A stretch of DNA of 64,000 nucleotides from a virus, in the IMG/VR virus record IMGVR_UViG_3300035034_001742, positions 15,522-79,521 of that record. One strand, given 5' to 3'. The notes under the pieces were generated by a model. It was given only the letters and a program-made list of their open reading frames with translations. It ran no database searches and was not told where the DNA came from. Position numbers and translations under genes: made by a program. Below are positions 1-10,400 of the stretch, piece after piece; position 1 is the stretch's first letter, and each line of letters opens with the position of its first letter.

Positions 1-670
1 GTTCGCCGTTCCACTCTAAAAACATTGCGCCACGGTCAAAGTCCCATGCATCAGCAAAGTTGTGCCCAAAGGGGTTACCAATGTAATGAACATTGCCACT
101 TTGTTGTCGTTTGTGAAAGTGCCCACTGAATACATATTCCTGATGTACAAAATGCGTTCTGTTAATTTGTCCGTGATCGGGCATGTCAACCAATGCATTC
201 ATTTTAAATCCGGGTATCTCAAAGTGCCCAAACATGTATTTAGATTTAATCTTCTTAACTTCTTTCCATTCGTCTTCAACTAGCCACGGAACAATAGCAA
301 CATCACCGTCTTGAAATAACTCGTCGACAATTTTTATGTTGTTAAATTCTGCGCCCATTATAAGCGAATGTATTTCACGCTTCTCACGATAAAATAAATC
401 ATGATTGCCAGTTATAATATAAACTTTTTCAAATGCATTGTTAAGCATTCTTAGCGCAGACATGGTATAGTTTAATGTGGAAACGTTAACGTTTGATCTA
501 TGATGGTGCCAATCACCCAAGAAGATGCATTTTTCGCACCCTCTTGACTTCGCTTCGATGATAAACCATTTTACAAAATCTTCGCAGTCATTGTTATGAA
601 CGCGAGAGTTATGTTTATTACCAAAGTGAATATCAGTGAAGCAGGCCACGTGTTTAAATAGATTACTCAC
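1..670 (-). CDS. gp47: Recombination endonuclease subunit, T4 gp47/SbcD/Mre11-like metallophosphoesterase (3' end beyond the window)
   Basis: Not in the ORF track; translated by hand from GTG at 670 (AGGA SD at 677-680). Motifs: FTDIHFG, FLGDWHH, ITGNHD, FGHFE, FSGHFH. Confidence 0.9.
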   Translation of the reverse strand, partial: MSNLFKHVACFTDIHFGNKHNSRVHNNDCEDFVKWFIIEAKSRGCEKCIFLGDWHHHRSNVNVSTLNYTMSALRMLNNAFEKVYIITGNHDLFYREKREIHSLIMGAEFNNIKIVDELFQDGDVAIVPWLVEDEWKEVKKIKSKYMFGHFEIPGFKMNALVDMPDHGQINRTHFVHQEYVFSGHFHKRQQSGNVHYIGNPFGHNFADAWDFDRGAMFLEWNGE

Positions 671-681
671 AATAATTCCTT

Positions 682-1590
682 TTATTTTTGCTGTTGCGGT
701 TTTGCAGGACGATGCGATTCTTCCCAGTTTCTACGAATTTCCTCTTCGTGTGCATTTTGTCTGGTGTGACTTGGTGCTTGTCCTGCCGCTTCTAACAAGT
801 CATCGCGAATGTTCTGATTGCGCTTTTCTAAGTTTAATATACGTGTAAAGCTGTTCTTTACAGAGGCCGTAAAGTAAGAAAAAGGATTATCACTTTTTGC
901 TTCATTGAACTGTAATCCCATTTGCGATAGCTGTAACAATGCCTGACCTTTCATCTCGTCAATGTAAGTGTATCCGCGCCAGTTGCCACGTTGTCCATAG
1001 CGTGCAACCATCAGCAAGTACATTTCTGCAAGCTTGCGTGTTACCGAACCGTGCGTTAACGAAAACTCACCTTTGTGATTATGCGAACGTAGCACTTCTT
1101 TAACAAACAATTTTTCTTTGTTATCATCTTCGATTTCAAAAAAACGATCACCTTCTGCTGGTTGCACTCTGTAATGCTTGAAAGGAGGAAAGTTTAATTT
1201 GACGTGACGATCGGCCACTGTCTTGTGTGTTTTTTTACGCTCCAGGTCCTCTGGTATATGATCAAACGTCATCACGCGGAATACCAAATCTTCAACTGGA
1301 ATATCAGTTGGTTCAATTTTGTATACTGCTAACTTGGGTTTGGTCTTCTGTTCCATTTCTCCACGATCGAAAATCTCAACAGCCGCCACGTGCGCTTCTT
1401 TGGAAAGACGCTTGGCTTGTGCTTCTTGTGCTTCGAAGATCTTTTCTTGTGTAATTTCGGAGAGGTTGTCAACTATGCTGTCGAACATTGTGTCGGCTTC
1501 GGTATCGTAGTCGCAAAATTGTATTTTGCTTAGATGTATCTGCTTTAACATATCCTTGTTATTGAGATAGTTCACTTTTCTTTTTGTCAT
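682..1590 (-). CDS. gp55: Late-transcription sigma factor, T4 gp55-like
   Basis: N-terminal NYLNNKD and C-terminal NWRGYTYIDEM...FNEAKSDNPFSYFT...NSFTRILNLEKRNQ match gp55-type motifs; lies next to gp47 as in T4. Start moved to ATG 1590 (AGGAG SD at 1596-1600). Confidence 0.8.
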   Translation of the reverse strand: MTKRKVNYLNNKDMLKQIHLSKIQFCDYDTEADTMFDSIVDNLSEITQEKIFEAQEAQAKRLSKEAHVAAVEIFDRGEMEQKTKPKLAVYKIEPTDIPVEDLVFRVMTFDHIPEDLERKKTHKTVADRHVKLNFPPFKHYRVQPAEGDRFFEIEDDNKEKLFVKEVLRSHNHKGEFSLTHGSVTRKLAEMYLLMVARYGQRGNWRGYTYIDEMKGQALLQLSQMGLQFNEAKSDNPFSYFTASVKNSFTRILNLEKRNQNIRDDLLEAAGQAPSHTRQNAHEEEIRRNWEESHRPAKPQQQK

Positions 1591-1634
1591 TCGAACTCCT
1601 GTGTTCAATCCATTGGACACTTTAATTTACATGT

Positions 1635-1663
1635 ATTTTACTACAGTTTGTGTCCTTTGTCAA
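1635..1663 (-). promoter_or_regulatory. Sigma70-like promoter (TTGACA-N17-TAAAAT) for the gp55/gp47 genes
   Basis: Consensus match upstream of ATG 1590. Confidence 0.75.
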
Positions 1664-1677
1664 CCTATTCCATACCA

Positions 1678-1697
1678 GTATTTTTAGTTGATAAATA
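1678..1697 (+). promoter_or_regulatory. Late promoter GATAAATA (T4 TATAAATA-like)
   Basis: GTATTTTTAGTTGATAAATA; near-identical 20-mer at 21640-21659; precedes structural genes. Confidence 0.7.
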
Positions 1698-1710
1698 CAG
1701 ATATAGATAA

Positions 1711-2331
1711 ATGGAGTACCCAATGACAGATATGAGATGCTCACTCAGAGCAAAAGGTTCAGGCGCAGATATTGTGTTTGGTCCAAAAGGCGATCCCAAT
1801 AACATACTATCACCACTGCGGCAGGTGAATAAACTGGTGTTTCCTTACACGCCTACTATACAGACTGGCAATACAGCTGAGTACGATGAGTATTCCTATG
1901 CACAGAGCGCATTTAAGTATCCGTCTTATGTTAAATCGTACCCAAAGGAAATTATGATCTCAGGCGACTTCACTGCTCAGACTGATTTAGAGTCAAAATA
2001 CATGTTGGCAGTAATGCATTTTTTCAAGTCCATTACCAAGCCGTATTTTGGTATTTCAAATCAAAGAGCCGGGTCGCCACCAGCAGTAATACTTTTTAAC
2101 TACCTCGGTGATCAGCAATTCAAAGATGTTCCTGTGATAGTAAAGGATTACAGCTACTCGCTTGAGCCCAACGTAGATTACGTGTTTGTCGAATCGTTTA
2201 ACAGCTATGTTCCTACCAAGCTAAATGTGAGTATTGTGCTCGAGTCATACTTTAATCCTGCTATAATAAGAGACAATTTCGACTTAGACAAGTTTAAAAC
2301 AGGCGCCCAATTCGGACGAGGATTCATATAA
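1711..2331 (+). CDS. Baseplate tail-tube initiator/cap protein (gp48/gp54-like)
   Basis: FPYTP...GSPP...FNYLG...DVPVIV pattern of tube-initiator proteins; first gene of the baseplate operon (start may be 1723). Confidence 0.6.
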   Translation: MEYPMTDMRCSLRAKGSGADIVFGPKGDPNNILSPLRQVNKLVFPYTPTIQTGNTAEYDEYSYAQSAFKYPSYVKSYPKEIMISGDFTAQTDLESKYMLAVMHFFKSITKPYFGISNQRAGSPPAVILFNYLGDQQFKDVPVIVKDYSYSLEPNVDYVFVESFNSYVPTKLNVSIVLESYFNPAIIRDNFDLDKFKTGAQFGRGFI

Positions 2332-2627
2332 TGGCAGATTTTCACAAGCAAACAAGTTTCTACAAATCTACACCAGTAAACGATTTCTATTTAGGCCTAT
2401 GGAATCCAATTGACGTACCGACCAGCATCAACGATCGCGAATATGTAATCGAAAGCAAGTACGAACAGCGACCGGATCTATTTGCGTCACAAGAATACGG
2501 CTCCCCTAGACTGTGGTGGGTACTTGCAATGGCAAACAAGGACATACTAGTTGATCCGATTGGCGATTTCAATGCAGGTAAAATAATAACAATACCGTCC
2601 AAGGCAACAATCGAAAGGCTAGTATAA
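2331..2627 (+). CDS. gp53: Baseplate wedge subunit, gp53-like (LysM-like)
   Basis: RPDLFASQEYGSPRLWWVLAMAN...GKIITIP motif. Confidence 0.8.
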   Translation: MADFHKQTSFYKSTPVNDFYLGLWNPIDVPTSINDREYVIESKYEQRPDLFASQEYGSPRLWWVLAMANKDILVDPIGDFNAGKIITIPSKATIERLV

Positions 2628-4756
2628 TGATACCGTATCGCGAAGGACTAAAACCACAAGAAAATGTTGAAAATAAACTTGTGGCTAAACCCAGAGAAAC
2701 CAAGACATCCGAAACTGATTTTTTACCCAACGTGCTCGATCAGTACGATAACACGACTTATAATCTCAAGCTGTTCATGATATCAGAAGCTGATATCATC
2801 AGACGCAACTATGATACCAAAGACAGAGTTGTTATAGCCGAAACCGGAGTAACAACACAGATACTCATAGACGACTTAGAAATTAGAAGTTTTATTGCAC
2901 CTGGAAGAAGCATCAAAAATCAGGAAGCCAATAAATTTAATTTTGTGTTACGGGAATACTACGGTGCTGGGCTGATTGATAAAATTTTCATAGCCAGTAC
3001 AGATCTTGGTATAAAAAATTATCAAAAGACTCCATATTTTCTCGAGCTAACGTTTGCAGGACGCCAAGTCGGAGATAGTTCACCGGACATCGAGTCTAAA
3101 GCATTGCGTTGGTTATGGCCAATATTCATAAGCAAAGTCGAAACAGAAGTCGATGCGTCGGGTTCGCGCTATTCAATTGAAGCAAATATATACGGAAACG
3201 TTGCCAACTGGGATGAATACGGCAGTATACCCAAGGGCATGTCAGTACAAGGCACAACTGTAAAAGAAGCTCTTACCGATCTCCAAACAAAGCTTAATAC
3301 TGCGGCAAGACAAGAAGCTGTCACAACCACTACTATTCCTGACCTATATTCGATATCAGTAGCGGCGGTATTTGGCGATATGAAACTCACTGAAGACAAG
3401 GGTACCAATGCCAGTGCCAAGACGTCAGCTGAAAAAAATGGCGAAGAAAAACGAGACATACGAACAATCGCACTGGACAAGCATCTACACATAGGCGAAG
3501 CAATTAATCGAATCATATCAGTTGCGCCAAAATATCAATCAATCAGTAAGAATACAAGCACTGCCAGTGAACAAGAGCCAAACGACGCCGAAAAAACAAA
3601 ACTACTACATCGCATATACACTGATGCTCAAATAAATAGATTCGACTACGGAAGAGGTGATTATGCAAAGACACTTATATATAACGTACAGCCGTACGAA
3701 ATGACAAACTTGCAGTTGTCACCATCTGAAGCAATCGCCAATGGATTAAAAAAATACAAAGAGATACAAGGCAAAGGACTAATCAGAAAGCAGTACAACT
3801 ACATATACACTGGTGTAAATGACCAGGTGCTAGACTTCGACTTAAAGTTTAACTTTGGTTGGTATGTAAAGTTGCCCAGTCAAGGCGGCCTCGGTACTCA
3901 GCACTCGGGTGCTGAAGAAGGGCAACACATCACAAATGTGTTTAAAGAATACAGAAGACTGCGCGAAGAGATCAACAAGTCGCGTGAGTTGGTTGCAAAT
4001 GCACCAGATACAAATTCGTTTGTTTTAGGAGGCGTTAATTCAACTGCAAACAACGAAACAGATCGCGTACAAGCCGAAATCAATAACTCGAATATATCCG
4101 ATGCAGAGAAAGCTCAATTAGAAAGACTGTTAGAGTCAGCTATATCTGCCAGATTGCCATTTGATCAGCAAAGTGCATACAACGAACGCTATGCAAAATC
4201 ACAAAACACCGGAAACAGCGTGAGACAAGATATACCACAGAGTGTAACACCCATGAATAGATTTGTGAGTGACTACAAAATTAACAAAAAATCATTAGAG
4301 ACTGCATACAGAAATTACCCAATAAGTTACGCCGAGAATAGAAAAGATACAACAGGTAGCGATTACAGTCGCAGTGTCGAAGGCAACAAAGGCGCCGGAA
4401 GACCGTATGTGAACAGCTTATTCGAACAGGCATTTGCAGGAAACACTGGAGACTTGGTAAATGTTGAAATCAAAATCAAAGGTGATCCGTATTGGCTAGA
4501 ATCTCAAGAAGGTCAAGCACCACAGGGAGTGGTTAACACTCGCATCGGTCAAGTCAATTTTGTATTTAGGGTACAAACAGCAGATTTACCATCGACCACA
4601 ACCGGGATAGTGGAGCACTCGAACAGCTCATTCAGTGGTGTGTACGGTGTCAAAGAAGTAGAACACAATTTCAGCGGCGGACAATTTACCCAAACTCTGT
4701 TCGCATACCGCGACCCGCAAATATTAATTACCGACGTCACAGGAGCCGACAAATAA
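2627..4756 (+). CDS. Baseplate hub protein, gp27-like
   Basis: C-terminal IKIKGDPYWL...FSGVYGVKEVEHNFSGGQFTQTL; lies between gp53-like and gp5-like genes. Confidence 0.65.
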   Translation: MIPYREGLKPQENVENKLVAKPRETKTSETDFLPNVLDQYDNTTYNLKLFMISEADIIRRNYDTKDRVVIAETGVTTQILIDDLEIRSFIAPGRSIKNQEANKFNFVLREYYGAGLIDKIFIASTDLGIKNYQKTPYFLELTFAGRQVGDSSPDIESKALRWLWPIFISKVETEVDASGSRYSIEANIYGNVANWDEYGSIPKGMSVQGTTVKEALTDLQTKLNTAARQEAVTTTTIPDLYSISVAAVFGDMKLTEDKGTNASAKTSAEKNGEEKRDIRTIALDKHLHIGEAINRIISVAPKYQSISKNTSTASEQEPNDAEKTKLLHRIYTDAQINRFDYGRGDYAKTLIYNVQPYEMTNLQLSPSEAIANGLKKYKEIQGKGLIRKQYNYIYTGVNDQVLDFDLKFNFGWYVKLPSQGGLGTQHSGAEEGQHITNVFKEYRRLREEINKSRELVANAPDTNSFVLGGVNSTANNETDRVQAEINNSNISDAEKAQLERLLESAISARLPFDQQSAYNERYAKSQNTGNSVRQDIPQSVTPMNRFVSDYKINKKSLETAYRNYPISYAENRKDTTGSDYSRSVEGNKGAGRPYVNSLFEQAFAGNTGDLVNVEIKIKGDPYWLESQEGQAPQGVVNTRIGQVNFVFRVQTADLPSTTTGIVEHSNSSFSGVYGVKEVEHNFSGGQFTQTLFAYRDPQILITDVTGADK

Positions 4757-6484
4757 ATGGCAACTCACACAACGACATACAACAATAAACCCGAAGCAGG
4801 CATGTACGTGGGGTTTGTTAAAGAAGTAGTTGACGTAAAACGTGCCGGGAGACTCAAGGTATGGATACCAGAATTCCATGGCAGAGAAGATGATCCCGGT
4901 GCTTGGATACTTTGTAACTATTGCTCACCATTCGGTGGTGCAACACCCTGGACTTCACTCTCCGAAAACGAATTTGATAGCTTTCCTAAAACTCAGCAGT
5001 CATATGGCTTTTGGGCAGTACCACCCGATAAAGAAAACGAAGTTTTGGTTGTTTTCCCAAATCGTGACTTGGGCAGGGCGTTGTGGATAGGAAGTGTGTT
5101 CAAAGAATACATGAATCACATGGTTCCGGGTGTACCATCGTCTACCAAGAACAAAAATTTTAAAGGCACTGAGCTACCGGTTGCTGAGTATAACAAATTT
5201 GATCAAGTTTCGGGAGATACTGCTAAACCGTTAGATCCGGTTAGGCCATGGCACAGAACCAGAACTGAGGCAATTGGTAACCAGGGGTTAGTCAAAGATA
5301 AAGTACGCGGTACTAGCACAAGTGGAGCACAACGTGAGTCACCGTCGCAAGTTTACGGCATGAACACACCGGGACCAGTGCATCCTACTGTCGAGGGTGC
5401 TAGATTGGGCGGTAGTTCGTTTGTGATGGACGATGGCGAAGGCTCTGAGTACATTGGATTTAGGACACGATCGGGCGCACAAATAAAAATTGACGAAACA
5501 AATGGCATCATGTATGCCATTAACAAGAAAGGTACGTCCTGGATACAAATGGACGAAGATGGCAATGTTGATATATTCAGTGCAGAGAGCATAAGTGCCA
5601 GATCACGCAAGGATATAAATTTCCGCGCTGATAGAGACATAAACATCGAGGCCGGTCAGAACATCAATGTAAAAGCGGCCATGGATACCGATGCAGAACT
5701 TGCAAATGTAGGCCAAGGTGCTGGACTTGGCGGTGATATAAAGATACAGGCATTAAATAATCATCATACCACAGTTGAAGAAAATCAATTTCATCTTATC
5801 AAAAACGGCAACTACGATTCGAAAATCGAAACAGGTAACTCTACCACATACATCGAAGGCACATCAAACGATACTGTAGTTGGCAATGTCATAACTGAAT
5901 TTAGAGGGAACCTTGATAATAAAGTAGTGGGCAATCAAACAACAGAAGTTGCGGGCAACTTAACAGTTACCGTAGGCGGCAACCTAGTGTTTGATGTAGG
6001 TAAGGCAACAGAACTACCGGGTACATTTGGATTATCATCGTCAAATGTTCAGGTATCAACCGGCGGCGACATCGGCGGCAACGGAAATTTTATAGCCGGT
6101 GGACAAATGTTTGCTACTAACTTTAAAGCACCAGGCATTGGACTAGTAGGCCATATACACGATATATCCGCCTGGGTCAAGGCGGATACACACGGCAAGA
6201 CAGTTGATCCAGGAAGTGCGGATGGTGGCAGTAGTTCAGCAAGCGGACCGAGTGGTTCTGCGCCAGGCGTCCCGGCACCACCACTATTAGCAGAAGTTAA
6301 AGTAATGCTTGCCAAGACAGATATATTAGCAACATTCCCGAACACTTCAATTACTGCCAATGGCGGTAAAAATATAGAAATACCAGACTGGTGGAATCGT
6401 GACATATTAGATGTAGAGACAATAGTCGAACGCCTAATGACATACGAGCCTTGTCCAGCACACTTAAATAAAGGTGACTCATAA
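4757..6484 (+). CDS. gp5: Baseplate central spike, gp5/VgrG-like (OB fold plus beta-helix, no lysozyme domain seen)
   Basis: GRLKVWIP...SYGFWAVPPD..NEVLVVF OB domain; MDDG...RTRSGAQI; 8-residue VxGN repeats; HIH motif. Confidence 0.8.
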   Translation: MATHTTTYNNKPEAGMYVGFVKEVVDVKRAGRLKVWIPEFHGREDDPGAWILCNYCSPFGGATPWTSLSENEFDSFPKTQQSYGFWAVPPDKENEVLVVFPNRDLGRALWIGSVFKEYMNHMVPGVPSSTKNKNFKGTELPVAEYNKFDQVSGDTAKPLDPVRPWHRTRTEAIGNQGLVKDKVRGTSTSGAQRESPSQVYGMNTPGPVHPTVEGARLGGSSFVMDDGEGSEYIGFRTRSGAQIKIDETNGIMYAINKKGTSWIQMDEDGNVDIFSAESISARSRKDINFRADRDINIEAGQNINVKAAMDTDAELANVGQGAGLGGDIKIQALNNHHTTVEENQFHLIKNGNYDSKIETGNSTTYIEGTSNDTVVGNVITEFRGNLDNKVVGNQTTEVAGNLTVTVGGNLVFDVGKATELPGTFGLSSSNVQVSTGGDIGGNGNFIAGGQMFATNFKAPGIGLVGHIHDISAWVKADTHGKTVDPGSADGGSSSASGPSGSAPGVPAPPLLAEVKVMLAKTDILATFPNTSITANGGKNIEIPDWWNRDILDVETIVERLMTYEPCPAHLNKGDS

Positions 6485-6512
6485 AAAAAGCGCCATTTAG
6501 GGCGCTTTTTTT
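6483..6512. terminator. Bidirectional intrinsic terminator
   Basis: A7-GCGCC-atttag-GGCGC-T7 between convergent genes. Confidence 0.85.
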
Positions 6513-6524
6513 ACATCTTCTAAC

Positions 6525-6692
6525 CTACGATAGTCGTTTACGACATTCGGCTAATTCACCTTGCAGTTCTGTCACATTCCTTTCGAGTATGGTTTTTTCT
6601 ACTTGTAGATTATGAACCATGCTTTCTAATAGCTGACATCGTGTTTGCAATTCGTTTCTCTGACGTTGTAGCTCTGCTTCCGCTTGTGACAT
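6525..6692 (-). CDS. Small coiled-coil protein (55 aa)
   Basis: Hand translation MSQAEAELQRQRNELQTRCQLLESMVHNLQVEKTILERNVTELQGELAECRKRLS; heptad Leu pattern; fills the gap between 6698 and the terminator. Confidence 0.6.
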   Translation of the reverse strand: MSQAEAELQRQRNELQTRCQLLESMVHNLQVEKTILERNVTELQGELAECRKRLS

Positions 6693-6697
6693 GGCAA

Positions 6698-6928
6698 TTA
6701 CCTTGCGACGGCTACCAGTGCGTTGATCTCATCAAATATATCGTTAAGATCTGAAGTCGGTGTGCTAAGTACAAACTTTTTAATTTTGTAATCGTACATT
6801 CCGAATTCCCACAGTTTACCGCTCTTGGAGTGGATTGGATAAAAGCGTCTGAAACCTAAACGTCCATTGATTTCATCTACTTCGTCGACCAAACTATTAA
6901 ATAGCTGGAAGTTGATTTTTTTGCCCAT
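6698..6928 (-). CDS. Hypothetical protein (76 aa)
   Basis: ORF with GAGGA SD and its own sigma70-like promoter. Confidence 0.7.
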   Translation of the reverse strand: MGKKINFQLFNSLVDEVDEINGRLGFRRFYPIHSKSGKLWEFGMYDYKIKKFVLSTPTSDLNDIFDEINALVAVAR

Positions 6929-6965
6929 ATATTCCTCTTATCTGGCAAAGTTAAACACAGCCTGT

Positions 6966-6994
6966 ACTTTAACATGGACAGAATAGAATGTCAA
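6966..6994 (-). promoter_or_regulatory. Sigma70-like promoter (TTGACA-N17-TAAAGT, extended TG)
   Basis: Consensus match. Confidence 0.65.
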
Positions 6995-7026
6995 CCTCTA
7001 TTTTTTAAAACGGTGTTTTATTTAAT

Positions 7027-7034
7027 GATAAATA
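7027..7034 (+). promoter_or_regulatory. Late promoter GATAAATA
   Basis: Same octamer as at 1690; 27 nt before the gp25-like ATG. Confidence 0.7.
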
Positions 7035-7061
7035 CACAAAACAATAGGATTCAACTACATT

Positions 7062-7439
7062 ATGGCACGACAAAAGTTTATTGGCTTTAGCACTTACGGA
7101 AAGTTACGCCCACCGTTTACACTGGTTGACATTGATTTGGTTAAGCAGGATTTGCTGAACCATTTCATGACACGCAAAGGCGAGAGAGTGATGCGTCCTA
7201 ACTATGGCAGTATTGCACATGAGCTTTTGTTCGAGCCGTTCGATGACTTAACTAGACAGGAAATCATCGATGACACCATGGACATAGTCACCAGTGAACC
7301 AAGGGTGAGGTTAATAGACATGGATGTACAAGAGACAGACTACGGCATTGGCCTAGCAATTCAATTAGAATTTTTACCATCGTACACCGTTGATCAGCTA
7401 TTTGTAAAATTCGACAGAAACAATAAGGAAACACTATAA
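7062..7439 (+). CDS. gp25: Baseplate wedge subunit gp25-like
   Basis: DLLNHFMTRKGERVMRPNYGS...LLFEP...EPRV, the GPW/gp25 signature. Confidence 0.92.
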   Translation: MARQKFIGFSTYGKLRPPFTLVDIDLVKQDLLNHFMTRKGERVMRPNYGSIAHELLFEPFDDLTRQEIIDDTMDIVTSEPRVRLIDMDVQETDYGIGLAIQLEFLPSYTVDQLFVKFDRNNKETL

Positions 7440-10400
7440 TGTCAGCAATCGTAAGACAATCAAATTTATTTGCTGCCGAGGACTTCGTAAAAGTATACAA
7501 GTCGTTCCAGGATATTAATTTTACTTCATACGACTTTGATACAATTAGAGAATCTCTAGTTGAATACATCAGAGTACAGTATCCAGAGGATTTTAACGAC
7601 TTTACTGCGGATTCGGAATTTATTGCAATTATAGAATTGCTTGCATACCTTGGTACCAGTCTTGCCTTTAGAACAGACTTAAACGCAAGAGAAAACTTGC
7701 TAGACACAGCTGAAAGACGCGAAAGTATCATACGTCTAGCACGCATGATCAGCTATCAGCCCAAGCGAAACATTGCGGCCAACGGCTTGTTCAAAGTGCG
7801 TTCTGTTGCAACCAACCAACCAATTAGAGACAGTGCCGGAAATCAGATAAATGGTCTGAATGTCACATGGAACGATCCGAATAATCCTAATTGGTACGAT
7901 CAGTTTACCAGCGTACTGAATGCGTCATTGAATCCGACCAACCAATTTGGTAATCCTAGTAAATCACAGCCAATCGGAGGCATACCAACTGACCTGTACG
8001 AGCTAAACAGTGTGCTGGGCATCAACGTTGCATACAATCAGACAATCAACATCAACGGTGAAGAAGTTCCGTTTGATATTGTTAACCCTGATTTAGATAC
8101 CACTATTGTTGAACGTCACCCAGATCAAAACGAAGCGTTTAGCATGATTTACAGAAATGATAGCCTGGGTGTAGGTTCAGCAAACACAGGATTTTTCTTA
8201 AAGTTTGTACAGGGCACGCTGGTTAGTCAGGACGTGAGGTATGATTTTCCACAGCCTAACCGAGTACAAGAAATTGAAGTCGAGAACATAAACAACTCAG
8301 ATGTCTATTTGCAAGAAATTAATGATCAGGGTACTGTTCTTGAGAAGTGGGCCAAGGTGCCTAGTGTAAACGGAACAAACATCATATATAACAGCATCAA
8401 TTTTGATGAGCGAAATGTATTTGAACCTATATCAGGACTCAATGACACAGTATCAGTTAAGTTCAGCGATGGTAACTTTGGTAATGTGCCAAGCGGAATA
8501 TACAGATACTGGTACAGAACAAGCATCGGCAGAAACATCATTGTTCGCCCTGAAGATGCAAACAACTTACAGCTTGCATTGCCTTATGTAGGTAAAGACG
8601 GACAGCGTTACACATTGGCCGTATCGTTTGCACTTGAAAACACAGTTGCAAACGGCGCACCACCAGAAACCAATGGCCAAGTTAAAATAAGAGCACCGCA
8701 AACATATTACACTCAGAATCGAATGATCAACAACGAAGACTACAATGTCTTTCCGTTAACGTTTGGTAACGAAATACAAAAGCTTAGAGCAATCAATAGA
8801 ACTCACTCCGGGCACAGTAGATATGTACCATTGCGTGACCCAACTGGGTTTCACGACGGTATAACTGTTCTTGGTGAAGATGGTGCAATTTACAACGAGT
8901 TTAAAAATCAGCGTAGCAAGCTTGAACTTACTGCTACATTAACCGGTGAAGTATCAGTGCAAGCGTCATTTGCATTACAAGATGCAGTTGGTAATCGCAA
9001 TTTAGAAAACTTCTTTTACACTGAGTATATTCCTGCTCTTGCTGGTGCTAACCCAGGTGAATTTGTGTTAACTGGCGAAGGCGCCGAAGTTTCGTTTACG
9101 AACAATAACGACGGCGAGATTACCGATATAATTATAGACAACGGCGGCACCAATTATGTTAATCCGCGTTTGAATATAATTCGTGCGGATGCTAGTATCA
9201 GTTTACTTAATGCCGCAATCGAGTTCGTGACCAATGACGCCGGGGTGATAACGGGTGTACAAGACCTCGACAACGCTGGTCTAGGATACGATAGTAGTGT
9301 AGATACAGTTATTATTACCGACACAGTGTGGAAAACCGCACCCGATACAATTAAAAACGAAACTGGATTTTTTATCAAAGATCAGACACAGGGTTTACCA
9401 AGTGATATTGATTACATTAGTGACTGGCCATACGGCGATGGCAATAGCGGTTCGTACCCTAATATACAGGATACCACCGGTAGCCAAGTTGTTAATCGCG
9501 CCTATCGATATATTACGCCCGGTGCCACTGTTAAGTTTGTGAATAATCCTAACCTGCCATCAGCACAACAACAAGTATTCAATACATCTGTTGTCTCGAT
9601 TAATAACTTCGGGCAAGCATACAATCCTTTAATTACCGAAACCGGCACAATTCAACTTGGATCCGATGTTAAGGACCTGTGGACGCCGCTTGAAGTTAGT
9701 CCTATGTTTAGAACCAGCTTTACTGCCGCAGAACTAACTGCAATACAAATTGAGTTTGAAAATTCAACATCGTTTGCACTAAAATATCAAGTAGAAATAG
9801 ATAGCTGGGTAATTATACGCTCAGGATACGATATTGAATCCAGTTACGAATACAACGACAGCGATCCAACTGTTAATAATATTAAAGACTGGATGGTGTA
9901 TGTAGAATATCAGCCAGCCGAAGGTGGCAACAATCCTTTTTACACATTTATAACACGTGGTATAGTAACAGTATTTGAGTCACTTAACGAAGTTAGATTC
10001 TACTGGGATCCTGATAACGTTGTTATAGATTCAGTAACAGGGCGTGCCAATTTTGATAAGATTACAGTGCTGGGAATTAACGAAGGTGTTGTGCAATCGG
10101 TCGAGTGGGACTTGTCAGGCGTGTTCACTGAAAGCGACGGGTTCCAAGAAACATCAAAGGTGGAAATATCACCAACTGATATCAACGAAGATAACACAGC
10201 TGACAACCCTGGTAGCTTTAGAGATATTGTTGGCACAAACAACGAAGTAATATTCGAGCGTTACTTTGATATTGACGGTTATCAAAGAAGTAGACCTTGG
10301 TTAACAGGATGGGTAAGTATTGGCGTTAATACAGACTTACCCGAAGCAGAACGCACTGTTATCAGCGGTGATGGTAATTCGATATTACGGGTTATTGATA

